Under the pieces are notes generated by a model. That model searched no databases. It saw nothing but the letters and a program-made list of their open reading frames with translations, and was not told where the DNA came from. A stretch of 62,204 nucleotides of DNA, the filler included. It is 6 parts of 6 records of this genome, joined end to end, with 100 filler letters (N's around TTAATTAATTAA, not from the genome) between each part and the next. Parts side by side here need not be neighbours in the genome. Positions count along the whole stretch, not along the records: positions 45,597 to 50,024 come from SRR20825010_1962; positions 50,125 to 56,323 come from SRR20825010_1967; positions 56,424 to 62,204 come from SRR20825010_1969; 3 more parts are not named here. One strand, 5' to 3'. The position numbers and the translations under genes are program-made. Below are positions 48,673 through 58,425 of this stretch, one piece after another (the stretch's first letter is position 1; the number at the start of each line of letters is the position of its first letter).

Positions 48673-50024
48673 TTGCCAAGCCGCAAGAACCGGCATGTCC
48701 AGGGAAATTTCAAGCGAGTGCGGGCCGGCGATATGCCGGATTTGAGCCTCGAGGCGGCGTCCATGGCTAAAAAGGCGATACAGTACGGCATCGGCACCAA
48801 CTCCCTGGAATTCAGGCTGACAGCGATCTACGTCGCCCTGGCGGCCGTTTGCCTGGCCCTTGCGACCATGCCGTTTCTTTCCGAACACAGCGTATCGGAC
48901 CTGGCCCTCCACATGAAAATGGCGCTTGCCGGTCTCATCGCGACGGCGATCCTGATGGCCCTGATGAGCCGCAGGGTGACCGGGCCGATCCGGAATCTGA
49001 CCGACGTCGCCAGGAAGGTCGCGGAGGGTCGACTGGACGTGAACGTGCCGGTCGACTGTTCCTGCGAAATCGGCGAGCTTGGCGCCAGCATGCGCACCAT
49101 GGTCGGCCGCTTGCAGGCATCGACGACCGAAAACCGTCAACTGGCCAATCACGACCTCATCATCGGCCTCCCCAACCGGCATCGGTTCCAGACCCTGCTT
49201 GAGCAACAGACCGGCTTCGTCGACGCCGACGGAACAGCGGCGAGCGGATCGGTTTTCTTTATCGACGTGATTGACCTGCGCAAGGTCAACGACCGGTTCG
49301 GCCACGAGACTTCCGACCAGCTTCTCAGGACGATCGCCAGCCTGCTGGTCGAGGCCTCGCCCTGCAACGGCCATGGCGCAAACCTTCGCAACTCGGGCAG
49401 CGACGAGGCCGTCCGCGAACCGGTCCTGGCGCGGTTTGGGGGAACGGAACTGGTGCTGTCAGTGCCAGGCCTGACCGACCCGGCCGGGATCGCGGCGGTG
49501 GCAAACCGGCTGCACACCGCGCTGGCAGGCGGCGTCAAGGCCTCCGGACGCCAGTTTCATCCCGCCATCGCAATCGGCATCGCCCGCTACCCGCAGGATT
49601 CGGCGTCGGCCACCAAGGTCACGCAATACGCGGCCCTTGCCTGCAACAATTCCATGGCTCTTTCGGAAGCGGCGAAGATCGCCCTGTTTCAACCCTGGAT
49701 GATCGAGGTCATCAAGTCCCGCGAAACCATGGAGCGCGACCTGCGCACCGCCATCGCCGATGGCCAGTTCGAGGTCTATTACCAGCCCAAGGTCAGTGCG
49801 CTTGACTGGACCGTGACAGGCGTCGAAGCGCTGGTCCGGCTCAATCACCCGGAGCGCGGCGTCGTCGGACCCGGCGATTTCATAGAGATTGCCGAGATGA
49901 CCGGGCTTATCGGTGACATCGGCCTGATCGTGCTGGAGGAAGCCGTGTCCCAGTGCGCCGAATGGCACCGCGCCGGCCAGTCGACCGAAGTCTCGATCAA
50001 TGTCTCCATCGAGCAGTTCAGGAA
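48673..50024 (+). CDS. HAMP-GGDEF(degenerate)-EAL protein, 3' truncated
   Basis: Two TMs, HAMP (EIGELG), HD..GLPNR, VND.FGH, RFGGTEL, YYQPKV and VEAL.R; start uncertain. Confidence 0.88.
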
Positions 50025-50124
50025 NNNNNNNNNNNNNNNNNNNNNNNNNNNNNNNNNNNNNNNNNNNNTTAATTAATTAANNNNNNNNNNNNNNNNNNNN
50101 NNNNNNNNNNNNNNNNNNNNNNNN
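50025..50124. other. Artificial contig spacer
   Basis: N-run / TTAATTAATTAA / N-run. Confidence 0.99.
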
Positions 50125-50125
50125 C

Positions 50126-50662
50126 TTCATCATGTTCACCATCGGCATCACCAAAGGCCGCTGGAACACGCTTCTGACCGCGCTGCAGCAGTTCAAGGAC
50201 GATTACGCCAAGAACCAGCCAATGTGGCGCACCATGCCGGAATTTTGCGCCACACAGAAACGCTACGAGGGCATGGGGTTGCGCGATCTCTGCCAGCATG
50301 TGCACGCGCTCTACGCCAAATATGGCGTGGCGGTGCTTTCCACCGACATGTATCTGAGCGACCTGACACCGGCCATGATCCCCAGCGAGGCATTCTCCCA
50401 CATCGCCCGCCGCACCACGCAGCGCGTGCCGATCGACGAACTTGAAGGCCGCATCACCACCAGCCTCGTCACCCCCTATCCGCCGGGCATTCCGCTTTTG
50501 GTTCCGGGCGAGGTCTTCAACGGCAAGATCGTCGAATATCTGAAGTTCAACCGCGAATTCGCCCGCGAATGCCCGGGCTTTGAAACCGACATCCACGGCC
50601 TTGTGCAGGAAGTTGGAGAAGACGGACAGATGCACTATTTCGCCGATTGTGTGGCGGAGTGA
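50126..50662 (+). CDS. Orn/Lys/Arg decarboxylase, C-terminal part
   Basis: FTIGITKG.W.TL, GL.DLC..H, PYPPGIPLL.PGE and PGFETDIHG. Confidence 0.9.
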   Translation, partial: FIMFTIGITKGRWNTLLTALQQFKDDYAKNQPMWRTMPEFCATQKRYEGMGLRDLCQHVHALYAKYGVAVLSTDMYLSDLTPAMIPSEAFSHIARRTTQRVPIDELEGRITTSLVTPYPPGIPLLVPGEVFNGKIVEYLKFNREFARECPGFETDIHGLVQEVGEDGQMHYFADCVAE

Positions 50663-50758
50663 GCTGAGCGGATCCGAACAGAGGGAAGTAACCGAGACCG
50701 GGTGAGGAAGCAGCACGCTGACCACCCTCGCACCGGTTTCGGCAAGCAGGCAAACCGC

Positions 50759-52105
50759 TCACATTCCTTCGAGCCGATCCAGTTCCGTCACAAACAGATC
50801 CTCGGTCCCGTAGAAGACGCTTGGATTGAGAAATTGCCGTCGCCAGAAGAACCGCCTATCGATCTCATCCATCTTTGCGACTGAACAGACCTCGCGCCAA
50901 TGCTCCGCAATTACCGCGATCTGACGGCGCATGATGGCGATCGCCCGTTCCTGATCCAGTAAAAATTTGGGGGCTGCCTCCAGACAGAGTCCCAGCCGGC
51001 TTTCCCGCCGCGAGCCAAGTATCGCCATGGCCTGGCTCGCCTCGTTCCCTGTGCGTGGCTGAGGGCAGATATCATAGGCCGGCGTCAGGCGGAGCATCCG
51101 TCCGTCCCAAAAGGCCGCATGGTTGCGTGCATGATCGTCGGTATTGCCCACCAGCACATTGAAAACCAAACGGCTAAATAGCTCCTCAAGCGTCTGCTTG
51201 GGCTCGTTGAACCGGAGCCGCACGATATCGGTCAGCTCCTGATAAGACGCATAGCGCCCCATCATTTCCCCCAGGCCGAGTATCGTCAGGCTGGAGACCA
51301 TCATGCGACGCGTCCAGCGCGCACCGGAAGCTGTCTCTACCCGCTCCCGATCAAAGCGTCGTACAAGAAGGACGTCCTTCCCAAGTGCTTTTTCGAGCCT
51401 GACCCCGGCAACATCAAGACCGGCAAGCATCGCAAGCCGCATCGCAACGAACTCTCCCTTGACCACGGAATAAGTGTCGTTGGTCGCTGAAAACTTGGCG
51501 ATATACTTGCTATCCGCATCTTCGATACCGGCTTTCGGACGCGCCCCACCGATCGAACTTCCGTGGACCAGCGCGTGGTCAAGATCGGGCGTCAGGGGAA
51601 TGCCCTGTTCGACCCGTTCCGCTGCGGTAAGCAACTCCTCCAGGCTGGCGGCCTCCGGGTTTCTGGCAAGGAAATCCGTCGCGGAGCGCTGGAAATCGAG
51701 CGCTCCGATCCGGTCAGATCCGGATTCGAGCATGTAGGTGAGCTCGTCGAGCCGATCCGTATCCTCCGCCTCGCGTCCGACGACTCTGTTGAGGATGACC
51801 CGTCGCCCCCAGGCATCCGGCAGACCATCCCTGAGACAACCGGCCATCTCCATGCCATTCGGCGGATCGATCAGGAATTCGCCTATTGGGAGTTCGGGCA
51901 GATAAAGCGGGACCGCATCCGGACGCTCCCGGTAACTCCGTCCGTAAGCAAAACGATAGCGATCCTCCAGGAAGAGTATGCGTCCTGCAACGACCGGCCG
52001 GGTCTGTCCCGGGAGCCATGCCCAGACATAGGCTCCCTTTTCTTCCAACACAGCGCGGTCGTGCCGTCTGTTTCCAGACGCCGCCCCCGGGGGGTCAGAA
52101 GTCAT
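50759..52105 (-). CDS. hipA: HipA-family Ser/Thr kinase toxin
   Basis: N-terminal coupled domain (D..PD.WGR), SSIGGARPK, RRFDR, GNTDDHARN and L.PAYDI. Confidence 0.92.
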   Translation of the reverse strand: MTSDPPGAASGNRRHDRAVLEEKGAYVWAWLPGQTRPVVAGRILFLEDRYRFAYGRSYRERPDAVPLYLPELPIGEFLIDPPNGMEMAGCLRDGLPDAWGRRVILNRVVGREAEDTDRLDELTYMLESGSDRIGALDFQRSATDFLARNPEAASLEELLTAAERVEQGIPLTPDLDHALVHGSSIGGARPKAGIEDADSKYIAKFSATNDTYSVVKGEFVAMRLAMLAGLDVAGVRLEKALGKDVLLVRRFDRERVETASGARWTRRMMVSSLTILGLGEMMGRYASYQELTDIVRLRFNEPKQTLEELFSRLVFNVLVGNTDDHARNHAAFWDGRMLRLTPAYDICPQPRTGNEASQAMAILGSRRESRLGLCLEAAPKFLLDQERAIAIMRRQIAVIAEHWREVCSVAKMDEIDRRFFWRRQFLNPSVFYGTEDLFVTELDRLEGM

Positions 52106-52430
52106 CGTCTATCTGCCGTTTGTGTGAGGAATAGACGCGTGGCACCGGTGCGAAACGGCGTTCGAGCAACTCTGTTTCCGACATGAGCCGGGTCACGTCC
52201 GGATCGAATAACGTCGCTCCGGAAATCAGAGCGGCTTCCAGCACGATACCCATCTCTACGGTAGGATCACCCGCTTCAACACGCTGGAGCGTGCTGCGCG
52301 CAATTCCGACACGCTCCGCCAGATTTGTCTCGGACATCCCGGCCATTTTGCGTGAAAGCTTGATCCGTTTCCCCACCAGTTTCATGACCTGAAGAGTCGA
52401 GGAGGAATAAGTACGTGTAACTTTAGGCAC
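52095..52430 (-). CDS. Xre-HTH antitoxin (HipB-like)
   Basis: LAERVGIARSTLQRVEAG HTH; overlaps the hipA start. Confidence 0.85.
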   Translation of the reverse strand: MPKVTRTYSSSTLQVMKLVGKRIKLSRKMAGMSETNLAERVGIARSTLQRVEAGDPTVEMGIVLEAALISGATLFDPDVTRLMSETELLERRFAPVPRVYSSHKRQIDDDF

Positions 52431-52447
52431 AGCGACTTCCGATCAAA

Positions 52448-52575
52448 TGATCTCCTTATCGGTCATTTCATTTGAAATTGACCGATAGGGAGATCATTAC
52501 ATATATTTTCTCCCAAAATCAAGAAATGACCTACCTATCAGTCATTCCACCAGAAATTGACCGATATATAAGTCA
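52448..52575. promoter_or_regulatory. Four 18-bp TGAY-N10-RTCA operator-like sites upstream of the hipBA-type operon
   Basis: 52448-52465, 52479-52496, 52527-52544 and 52558-52575, arranged as two inverted pairs. Confidence 0.75.
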
Positions 52576-52601
52576 TACCTTTAGACAAGAGCGGCAAGCC
52601 G

Positions 52602-53912
52602 TCAAATCCCCAGCTTGTCCCTGAGTGCGTACCACCATGATCCGGCCGCCGAGTAAGGTACCCGGAACATCCGGCCGCCCGGGAACGGGTACCATGGCAC
52701 CTTCTCGAACACGTCGAACCGGCTGCGGTCGCCATGGATGGCTTCCGACAGGATACGGCCGAAAGTGTGGGAGCCGGTGACGCCGTGGCCGCTATAGCCA
52801 TGGGCAAAGTAAGTGTTGTTGCCGATCCGGCCCATCTGCGGCACGCGGCTGAACGAGAGAGCGAAGTTTCCGCTCCAGGCATAGTCGATCTTCACGCCTT
52901 TCAGCTGCGGGAACACCTTGTTCATGTTCGGCAGCAGCTTGGCCCTGATATCGCTTGGGTCCGTACCGCCATAGACAGTGCCGCCGCCGAACAGCATGCG
53001 CTTGTCGGCGGAGAGGCGGAAATAGTCGAGAATGTAGCGCACATCCTCGACACAGACGTCGGTCGGGATCAATTCCTGCGCCCGGTCTTCACCAAGAGGT
53101 TCGGTTGCCATGACCTGGGTCGAGACCGGCATGACCCGCGCCGTCAGCGTCGGCACCACATGCCCGAGATAGGCATTGCCACAGAGCACCAGCGTCGTGC
53201 AGGTGATCGATCCGTCCGGCGTCTTCACAACCGGCTTTGCCGCGTCGGTATCGACATGCACGGCGGGCGTCTGCTCATAGATAACCCCGCCCAGTTTCTC
53301 GAACGCGGCGGCCTCGCCGAGCGCCAGATTAAGCGGATGCATGTGACCGCCGGAATGGTCGATCACGCCGCCTGCATAGACATCCGAGTTCACATGTTTG
53401 CGGAGCTGCTCCCTGTCGAGCATTTCCTGGTTGTTGATGCCGTAGCCCTGCCAGAGCTCCAGCCGCTCTTCCAGCTCGCGCATATGCGCGCCGGTATAGG
53501 CGGTAAAGACGTTGCCCTCTTTCAGATCGCACTGGATGTCGTAGGTCTTGATGCGCTCGCGGATGATCTCACCGCCTTCCTGCACCAGGCCTGCAACAAA
53601 ATTGGCGGTATCCGCGCCATAGCGCTTTTTGATGGTCTGCAGGCTGGCATTCAGGCCATTGACGATCTGCCCGCCATTCCGCCCCGACGCGCCCCAACCG
53701 ACCCGGGCCGCTTCGATGATCGCGACCTTGTGGCCCTTCTCGGCCAGATGCAGCGCCGTCGAAAGCCCGCTATATCCGGCGCCGACAACAAGAATATCGA
53801 CCGTGGCATCACCTACCAACGGCGGGCGTTCCGGCGACGGGTTGGCGCTGGCAGCGTAATAGCTGCCGGTATGTGCGGTCTCACCCTCAAACACGGCGTC
53901 CGGACGGCTCAT
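52602..53912 (-). CDS. puuB: FAD-dependent oxidoreductase, gamma-glutamylputrescine oxidase-like
   Basis: SYYAAS, VGAGYSG, GWGASGRNGGQ, HPLNLALG, DYFRLS.D.R and GYSGHGV. Confidence 0.82.
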   Translation of the reverse strand: MSRPDAVFEGETAHTGSYYAASANPSPERPPLVGDATVDILVVGAGYSGLSTALHLAEKGHKVAIIEAARVGWGASGRNGGQIVNGLNASLQTIKKRYGADTANFVAGLVQEGGEIIRERIKTYDIQCDLKEGNVFTAYTGAHMRELEERLELWQGYGINNQEMLDREQLRKHVNSDVYAGGVIDHSGGHMHPLNLALGEAAAFEKLGGVIYEQTPAVHVDTDAAKPVVKTPDGSITCTTLVLCGNAYLGHVVPTLTARVMPVSTQVMATEPLGEDRAQELIPTDVCVEDVRYILDYFRLSADKRMLFGGGTVYGGTDPSDIRAKLLPNMNKVFPQLKGVKIDYAWSGNFALSFSRVPQMGRIGNNTYFAHGYSGHGVTGSHTFGRILSEAIHGDRSRFDVFEKVPWYPFPGGRMFRVPYSAAGSWWYALRDKLGI

Positions 53913-55261
53913 CACACGACCTCCAGATATGTGTCATATTCGAAATCGGTCACCTGGCGGGCAAAGCGTTTCAGCTCCTGCGTCTTGCTTTCGACCAGCA
54001 TGGTCTGCAGCCGTTTCGAATAGACGTTCTGGATATTGCGGCCGCGCCGGAAGGCCTCGATCGCGGTCGCCCAGTCGAGCGGCAGGTGATCCAGCTTCAT
54101 GCTGTAGGCATCGCCGCTGATCGGCTCCTCCGGCTCCATCTCGCCCTCGATGCCGATAAAAGCCCCACCGAGAATGCTGGCCAGCACCAGATAGGGGTTC
54201 GTGTCCGCTCCCGCGACCCGGTGCTCGATCCGGCGCGCCTTGGGGCTACCTCCCGGAATGCGGATGGCGGCGGTGCGGTTCTCATAGCCCCAGGCAACGC
54301 TTGTCGGCGCATGGGCGCCGGGCAGCAGGCGGCGGTAGGAGTTCTCGTGCGGGGCGAAGACCAGCGTGTTTTCCTGCATGGTCGCCAGCAGGCCCGCGAC
54401 CGCGTTCCGCATCAGCGGCGCGCCCTCGTCGGTACCATTGTCGAACAGGTTCTCGCCTGCCTCGTTCTCCAGCGAGAAATGGACATGCAACCCGCTGCCT
54501 GCACGCTCACCGTAAGGCTTTGCCATGAAGGTCGCGGCAAGGCCGTGCTTGCGGGCGATACCCCGGACCAGACGCTTGAACAGAACAGCATCATCGGCCG
54601 CCTTCAGTGCGTCGGCCACATGCACCATGTTGATCTCGAACTGGCCGGCGCCATTTTCGGAAATGGCAGCATCCGCCGGGATGCCCTGCTCGGCGCAGGC
54701 ATCGTAGACATCGTCCAGAAACTCATCGAAATGTTCGAGCTCGTCCAGCGACAGCGCGCCGTCGGAATCCAGCCGCTTGTCCGTAATCGGCGAGCGCGGC
54801 GGCTCCGGCTGCGTGCCGCTCGGATCGTAGAGATAGAATTCCATCTCCGTCGCGACCACCGGGGTCAGGCCCCTCTCCTTGTAACGGTCGACAATTTCGG
54901 CCAATGCCCGGCGCGGATCGCCCATGAAAGGCTTTCCATCCTCCTCCCGCATCCACAGCATGGCGAGCGCGGAGGGCCGGTTGGTCCAGTTGATCAGGAC
55001 GATCGGGCGCCCGGTGAAATCGCAAATCCCGTCGGAATCCCCGGTTTCGAAGACAAGCTCGCTGCCTTCGATATCCTCACCCCAGACATCGACGCTGAGG
55101 GTGGAAAGCGGCATGCGCAGCCCGCCTCCGAGGATTTTCACCGCCTGCTCAATGGGCAGGCGCTTGCCGCGCATCGTGCCGTTCAGGTCACAGACACAGG
55201 CGAAGACGGCTTCGATTTCGGGATTTTCCAGCAGCAAGCTGTTCAGATTGTCGACAGACAC
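53912..55261 (-). CDS. Glutamine synthetase-like gamma-glutamylpolyamine synthetase (PuuA/PauA type)
   Basis: D.NG..RGK, E.EFY, E.G.GQFEIN, FMAKP, GSGLHVH, WGYENRT and RIEHRVAGAD.NPY; coupled to the puuB-like gene. Confidence 0.85.
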   Translation of the reverse strand: MSVDNLNSLLLENPEIEAVFACVCDLNGTMRGKRLPIEQAVKILGGGLRMPLSTLSVDVWGEDIEGSELVFETGDSDGICDFTGRPIVLINWTNRPSALAMLWMREEDGKPFMGDPRRALAEIVDRYKERGLTPVVATEMEFYLYDPSGTQPEPPRSPITDKRLDSDGALSLDELEHFDEFLDDVYDACAEQGIPADAAISENGAGQFEINMVHVADALKAADDAVLFKRLVRGIARKHGLAATFMAKPYGERAGSGLHVHFSLENEAGENLFDNGTDEGAPLMRNAVAGLLATMQENTLVFAPHENSYRRLLPGAHAPTSVAWGYENRTAAIRIPGGSPKARRIEHRVAGADTNPYLVLASILGGAFIGIEGEMEPEEPISGDAYSMKLDHLPLDWATAIEAFRRGRNIQNVYSKRLQTMLVESKTQELKRFARQVTDFEYDTYLEVV

Positions 55262-55453
55262 GATTGGGCCTCTCTCAGGCGCATGAAAATCAATGCGGGA
55301 TATCCATGATTTGCAGCGCCTTTTCGGATTCTGTCAAATCCAATATGTGCACGCTGAGAGGCCTCTCCACTAAATCGAGCCACAAACCCCGCAAGCACAA
55401 TAACGGCCAGCGTAACGTTCAAAACTACCGGGGTAAAAGGAGTACAGCCCCGC

Positions 55454-56080
55454 TTACGGCCGCCGGAAGGACCAGACGCGCAGGTCGATGCCCAATTTCA
55501 TGACAGCCATAACGACAAACGTGCAGAGAGCTACCTTCGAAAACATCTCCATTGTCCCTTCGATCAGAAGGGCATGCACCACGCTGCACAGGACGATCAC
55601 AGCCGCGAGGAACATATGACCGAGGCGCCAGGTGCGCGGCCGCAACCGAAGCCGCCGCCGGAGCACGGCCAGCGCCGCCGTTGCGATGACGGCCCACATA
55701 GCGATCACGCCCCAATCCGAAAAGGGTGTCGGCGATGCGAAGAGAAGAGCGTCCACCACGTCCGGCGGGCTGGTGATCCAAAGTCCCCCGACATGTATCG
55801 CCAGAGCCATGACAAGAGCTCCCCCGATGAGCCGGTGGACCCGCCGTCCGCGCAGGCCAGACAGGCCCGGCAGATATCCGCCAATCAGCAAAGGCTGAAG
55901 CAACAGGAAGATCATCGCGATAATGCCCGCGAACCCCGCCGCGATATAAACCGGATCGCGCCACGCATGCAGCGGACTTGCCGCCGCCGCGGCGATGGGC
56001 ACTGCAATGACGATGGCGACTCCGGCCCAAATCAGGGTCTTTCGGGCCGGGCTCATTCCCTTTTGAAGCTTCCCGCTCAA
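55454..56080 (-). CDS. Ferric-reductase-like transmembrane protein
   Basis: About six TMs with spaced His (HR..G, H, WR..H, H); alternative ATG at 56056. Confidence 0.75.
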   Translation of the reverse strand: MSGKLQKGMSPARKTLIWAGVAIVIAVPIAAAAASPLHAWRDPVYIAAGFAGIIAMIFLLLQPLLIGGYLPGLSGLRGRRVHRLIGGALVMALAIHVGGLWITSPPDVVDALLFASPTPFSDWGVIAMWAVIATAALAVLRRRLRLRPRTWRLGHMFLAAVIVLCSVVHALLIEGTMEMFSKVALCTFVVMAVMKLGIDLRVWSFRRP

Positions 56081-56322
56081 GCCGGCTTAAGGACAAAATC
56101 AGCGCGCAGGCTGGTATCCTTTGAACTCTTCATGACCGGTCGCAGAAAGACGGTTTCGAATTCACCGCTGTCATAGGCGAGATGCCCGTGCGGCTGACCA
56201 AAGGTCGGAACGATCTGCGGCATCTCCAGCCGGAACTCCCCGTTCTCGTCGGTCAGCGTGGCGCCATGACTATGCGGATCGCTCTCATACCCTTCGGTCG
56301 TGTGCGCCCAGATCTGGATACG
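56077..56322 (-). CDS. Intradiol dioxygenase-fold protein, 3' part (not in the ORF track)
   Basis: Hand translation RIQIWAHTTEGYESDPHSHGATLTDENGEFRLEMPQIVPTFGQPHGHL...ADFVLKPA*. Confidence 0.7.
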   Translation of the reverse strand, partial: RIQIWAHTTEGYESDPHSHGATLTDENGEFRLEMPQIVPTFGQPHGHLAYDSGEFETVFLRPVMKSSKDTSLRADFVLKPA

Positions 56323-56323
56323 C

Positions 56324-56423
56324 NNNNNNNNNNNNNNNNNNNNNNNNNNNNNNNNNNNNNNNNNNNNTTAATTAATTAANNNNNNNNNNNNNNNNNNNNN
56401 NNNNNNNNNNNNNNNNNNNNNNN
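56324..56423. other. Artificial contig spacer
   Basis: N-run / TTAATTAATTAA / N-run. Confidence 0.99.
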
Positions 56424-56426
56424 GAC

Positions 56427-57353
56427 ATGCCCATTAAGCTGCCCTCCGACCTGCCAGCCTTTGACGTGCTCACGCGTGAAGGGGTCATGGTTATGGCCGA
56501 AGAGCACGCCGCCCGTCAGGATATCCGCCCATTGCGCATCGGGTTGCTGAACCTGATGCCGAAGAAGATCCAGACAGAAAACCAGTTCTGTCGGCTGATC
56601 GGGGCGACCCCGCTACAGATTGAACTGTCTCTGATCCGGATGACCGAGCATCAGGCAAAGAATACCGCCGCCGAACACATGGAAAACTTCTATCGCCCGT
56701 TTTCGGACGTGGCCGCCAGCGGTGAAAAATTTGACGGGCTGATCATCACCGGCGCGCCCATCGAACACCTGCCGTTCGAGGAAGTCACCTATTGGGATGA
56801 ACTGACACAGGTCTTTGACTGGACCCAAACCCATGTGCAATCCACCTTTGGCGTCTGCTGGGGTGGAATGGCGATGATCAACCATTTCCACGGAGTCCAG
56901 AAACATCTGCTGAACGCCAAGGCCTTTGGCGCGGTGCGTCACCAGAACCTGGCGCCTGCCTCTCCCTACCTGCGGGGCTTTTCCGACGATATGGTGATCC
57001 CTGTGTCACGCTGGACCGAAATCCACCGCGATGAGGTGATCGCCGCCGGTCTGCCGATCCTGATCGATTCCACCGAAACCGGCCCCTGCCTGATCGAAGA
57101 CCCGAGCCACCGCGCGCTCTATATCTTCAACCATCTGGAGTACGATAGCGGCACGCTCAAGGAAGAGTATGACCGCGATATAGAGAGCGGCACACCGATC
57201 AACGTGCCGGCCAATTACTATCCGAACGACAACCCTGCCCTGCCCCCGCAGAACCGCTGGCGTAGCCACGCGCACCTGCTTTACGGCAACTGGATCAACG
57301 AGATCTACCAGTCGACCCCGTTTGAGCTATCCTCCATCGGGACGGCCCGCTGA
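56427..57353 (+). CDS. metA: MetA-family homoserine O-acyltransferase, probably acetyl-specific
   Basis: QDIRPL.I..LNLMP.K, TGAPIE, CWG, HLEY and WRSH..LL..NW. Confidence 0.95.
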   Translation: MPIKLPSDLPAFDVLTREGVMVMAEEHAARQDIRPLRIGLLNLMPKKIQTENQFCRLIGATPLQIELSLIRMTEHQAKNTAAEHMENFYRPFSDVAASGEKFDGLIITGAPIEHLPFEEVTYWDELTQVFDWTQTHVQSTFGVCWGGMAMINHFHGVQKHLLNAKAFGAVRHQNLAPASPYLRGFSDDMVIPVSRWTEIHRDEVIAAGLPILIDSTETGPCLIEDPSHRALYIFNHLEYDSGTLKEEYDRDIESGTPINVPANYYPNDNPALPPQNRWRSHAHLLYGNWINEIYQSTPFELSSIGTAR

Positions 57354-57378
57354 CAGGCAGACGGATAGGACAAGAACG

Positions 57379-58347
57379 GTGCTGCGCATGATCGGAACGA
57401 TTCTTATCGCGTCGCTGGTGGGCGGTGGCGCATTGGTGCATTGGCGTGCGGGTACGCGTGAGGCCGCAGCGTTAGAACGCTGGCCCGCGGTGGGGGCCTT
57501 TGTGACGGTGGACGGCGTGCCGATCCACTATGTTCAAACCGGCAACGGCCCGGATGTGGTGCTGTTGCACGGGGCCAGCGGCAACCTGCGCGACTTTACC
57601 TTCGACCTCGTCGACAAACTGGCACAGGACTACCGTGTGACGGTCTTTGACCGGCCCGGATTGGGCCACAGCGGACGCCGGGCCGAGCATCGCGGCGCGC
57701 TCAACACCGATGCGGAAACGCCGCAGGATCAGGCCGCCTTGCTGGCGTCGGCGGCGGCGCAACTGGGGGTCCGCAATCCGATTGTCGTCGGCCATTCCTT
57801 TGGCGGCGCGGTCGCCATGGCCTGGGGGCTGGACCACGACGCGGCGGCTCTTGTCACGCTGGGGGGCGCGATCATGCCGTGGCCCGGTAAGCTGGATTTC
57901 CAGTACCGGCTGCTGGGCAATGCGGTGGGCGGTGCGCTGGCCGCGCCAATCGTGACCGCGCTTATCGACCCGATGCGCACACGCGACGCGGTTGAGAGCA
58001 TCTTTGCCCCGCAATCCATGCCCGAGGGCTATCTGACCCATGTCGGCCCCGGTCTCAGCCTGCAACGGCATGTGATCCGCGCCAACGGACGACAGGTATA
58101 CCACCTGCGAGCTGCGCTGACCGAGATGTCAGCGCGTTATACCGATCTAAACCTGCCGGTGGAATTGCTGCACGGCACCGCTGACACGACCGTGGGGTTT
58201 GACATTCACGCGGTGGCAGCCGCAGATTTGCTGCCCGATGCCAACCTGACCGCGCTGGAGGACGTTGGCCACATGCCACAACACGCCCGCCCGGGCGCGG
58301 TGATAGAGGCGATCCACCGCGCCGCCACCCGCGCCGGACTGCGCTAG
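57379..58347 (+). CDS. Alpha/beta hydrolase
   Basis: LLHGASG, DRPG.G.S, GHSFG, HG..D and GHM; start uncertain (GTG 57379 or ATG 57388). Confidence 0.88.
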   Translation: MLRMIGTILIASLVGGGALVHWRAGTREAAALERWPAVGAFVTVDGVPIHYVQTGNGPDVVLLHGASGNLRDFTFDLVDKLAQDYRVTVFDRPGLGHSGRRAEHRGALNTDAETPQDQAALLASAAAQLGVRNPIVVGHSFGGAVAMAWGLDHDAAALVTLGGAIMPWPGKLDFQYRLLGNAVGGALAAPIVTALIDPMRTRDAVESIFAPQSMPEGYLTHVGPGLSLQRHVIRANGRQVYHLRAALTEMSARYTDLNLPVELLHGTADTTVGFDIHAVAAADLLPDANLTALEDVGHMPQHARPGAVIEAIHRAATRAGLR

Positions 58348-58425
58348 GCCATCCGGCCCGAAGCGTTTGCGTTAATCTGCTTAACATCCCATAGTGCCGG
58401 TCACTTAGACGGACGGAGACCCCCT

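Noticed and set aside
50742..52604. Weak similarity (CAAG..GGCAA.CCG.TCA) at the hipA and puuB stop regions as a target-site duplication
   Set aside because: Gapped and too short to distinguish from chance
52734..55309. Long ORFs 52734..54023 (+) and 53873..55309 (+)
   Set aside because: Antisense shadows of the puuB- and puuA-like genes
28748..56423. Five regularly structured TTAATTAATTAA repeats within N-runs
   Set aside because: Artificial contig linkers with stops in all frames, not a biological repeat or CRISPR
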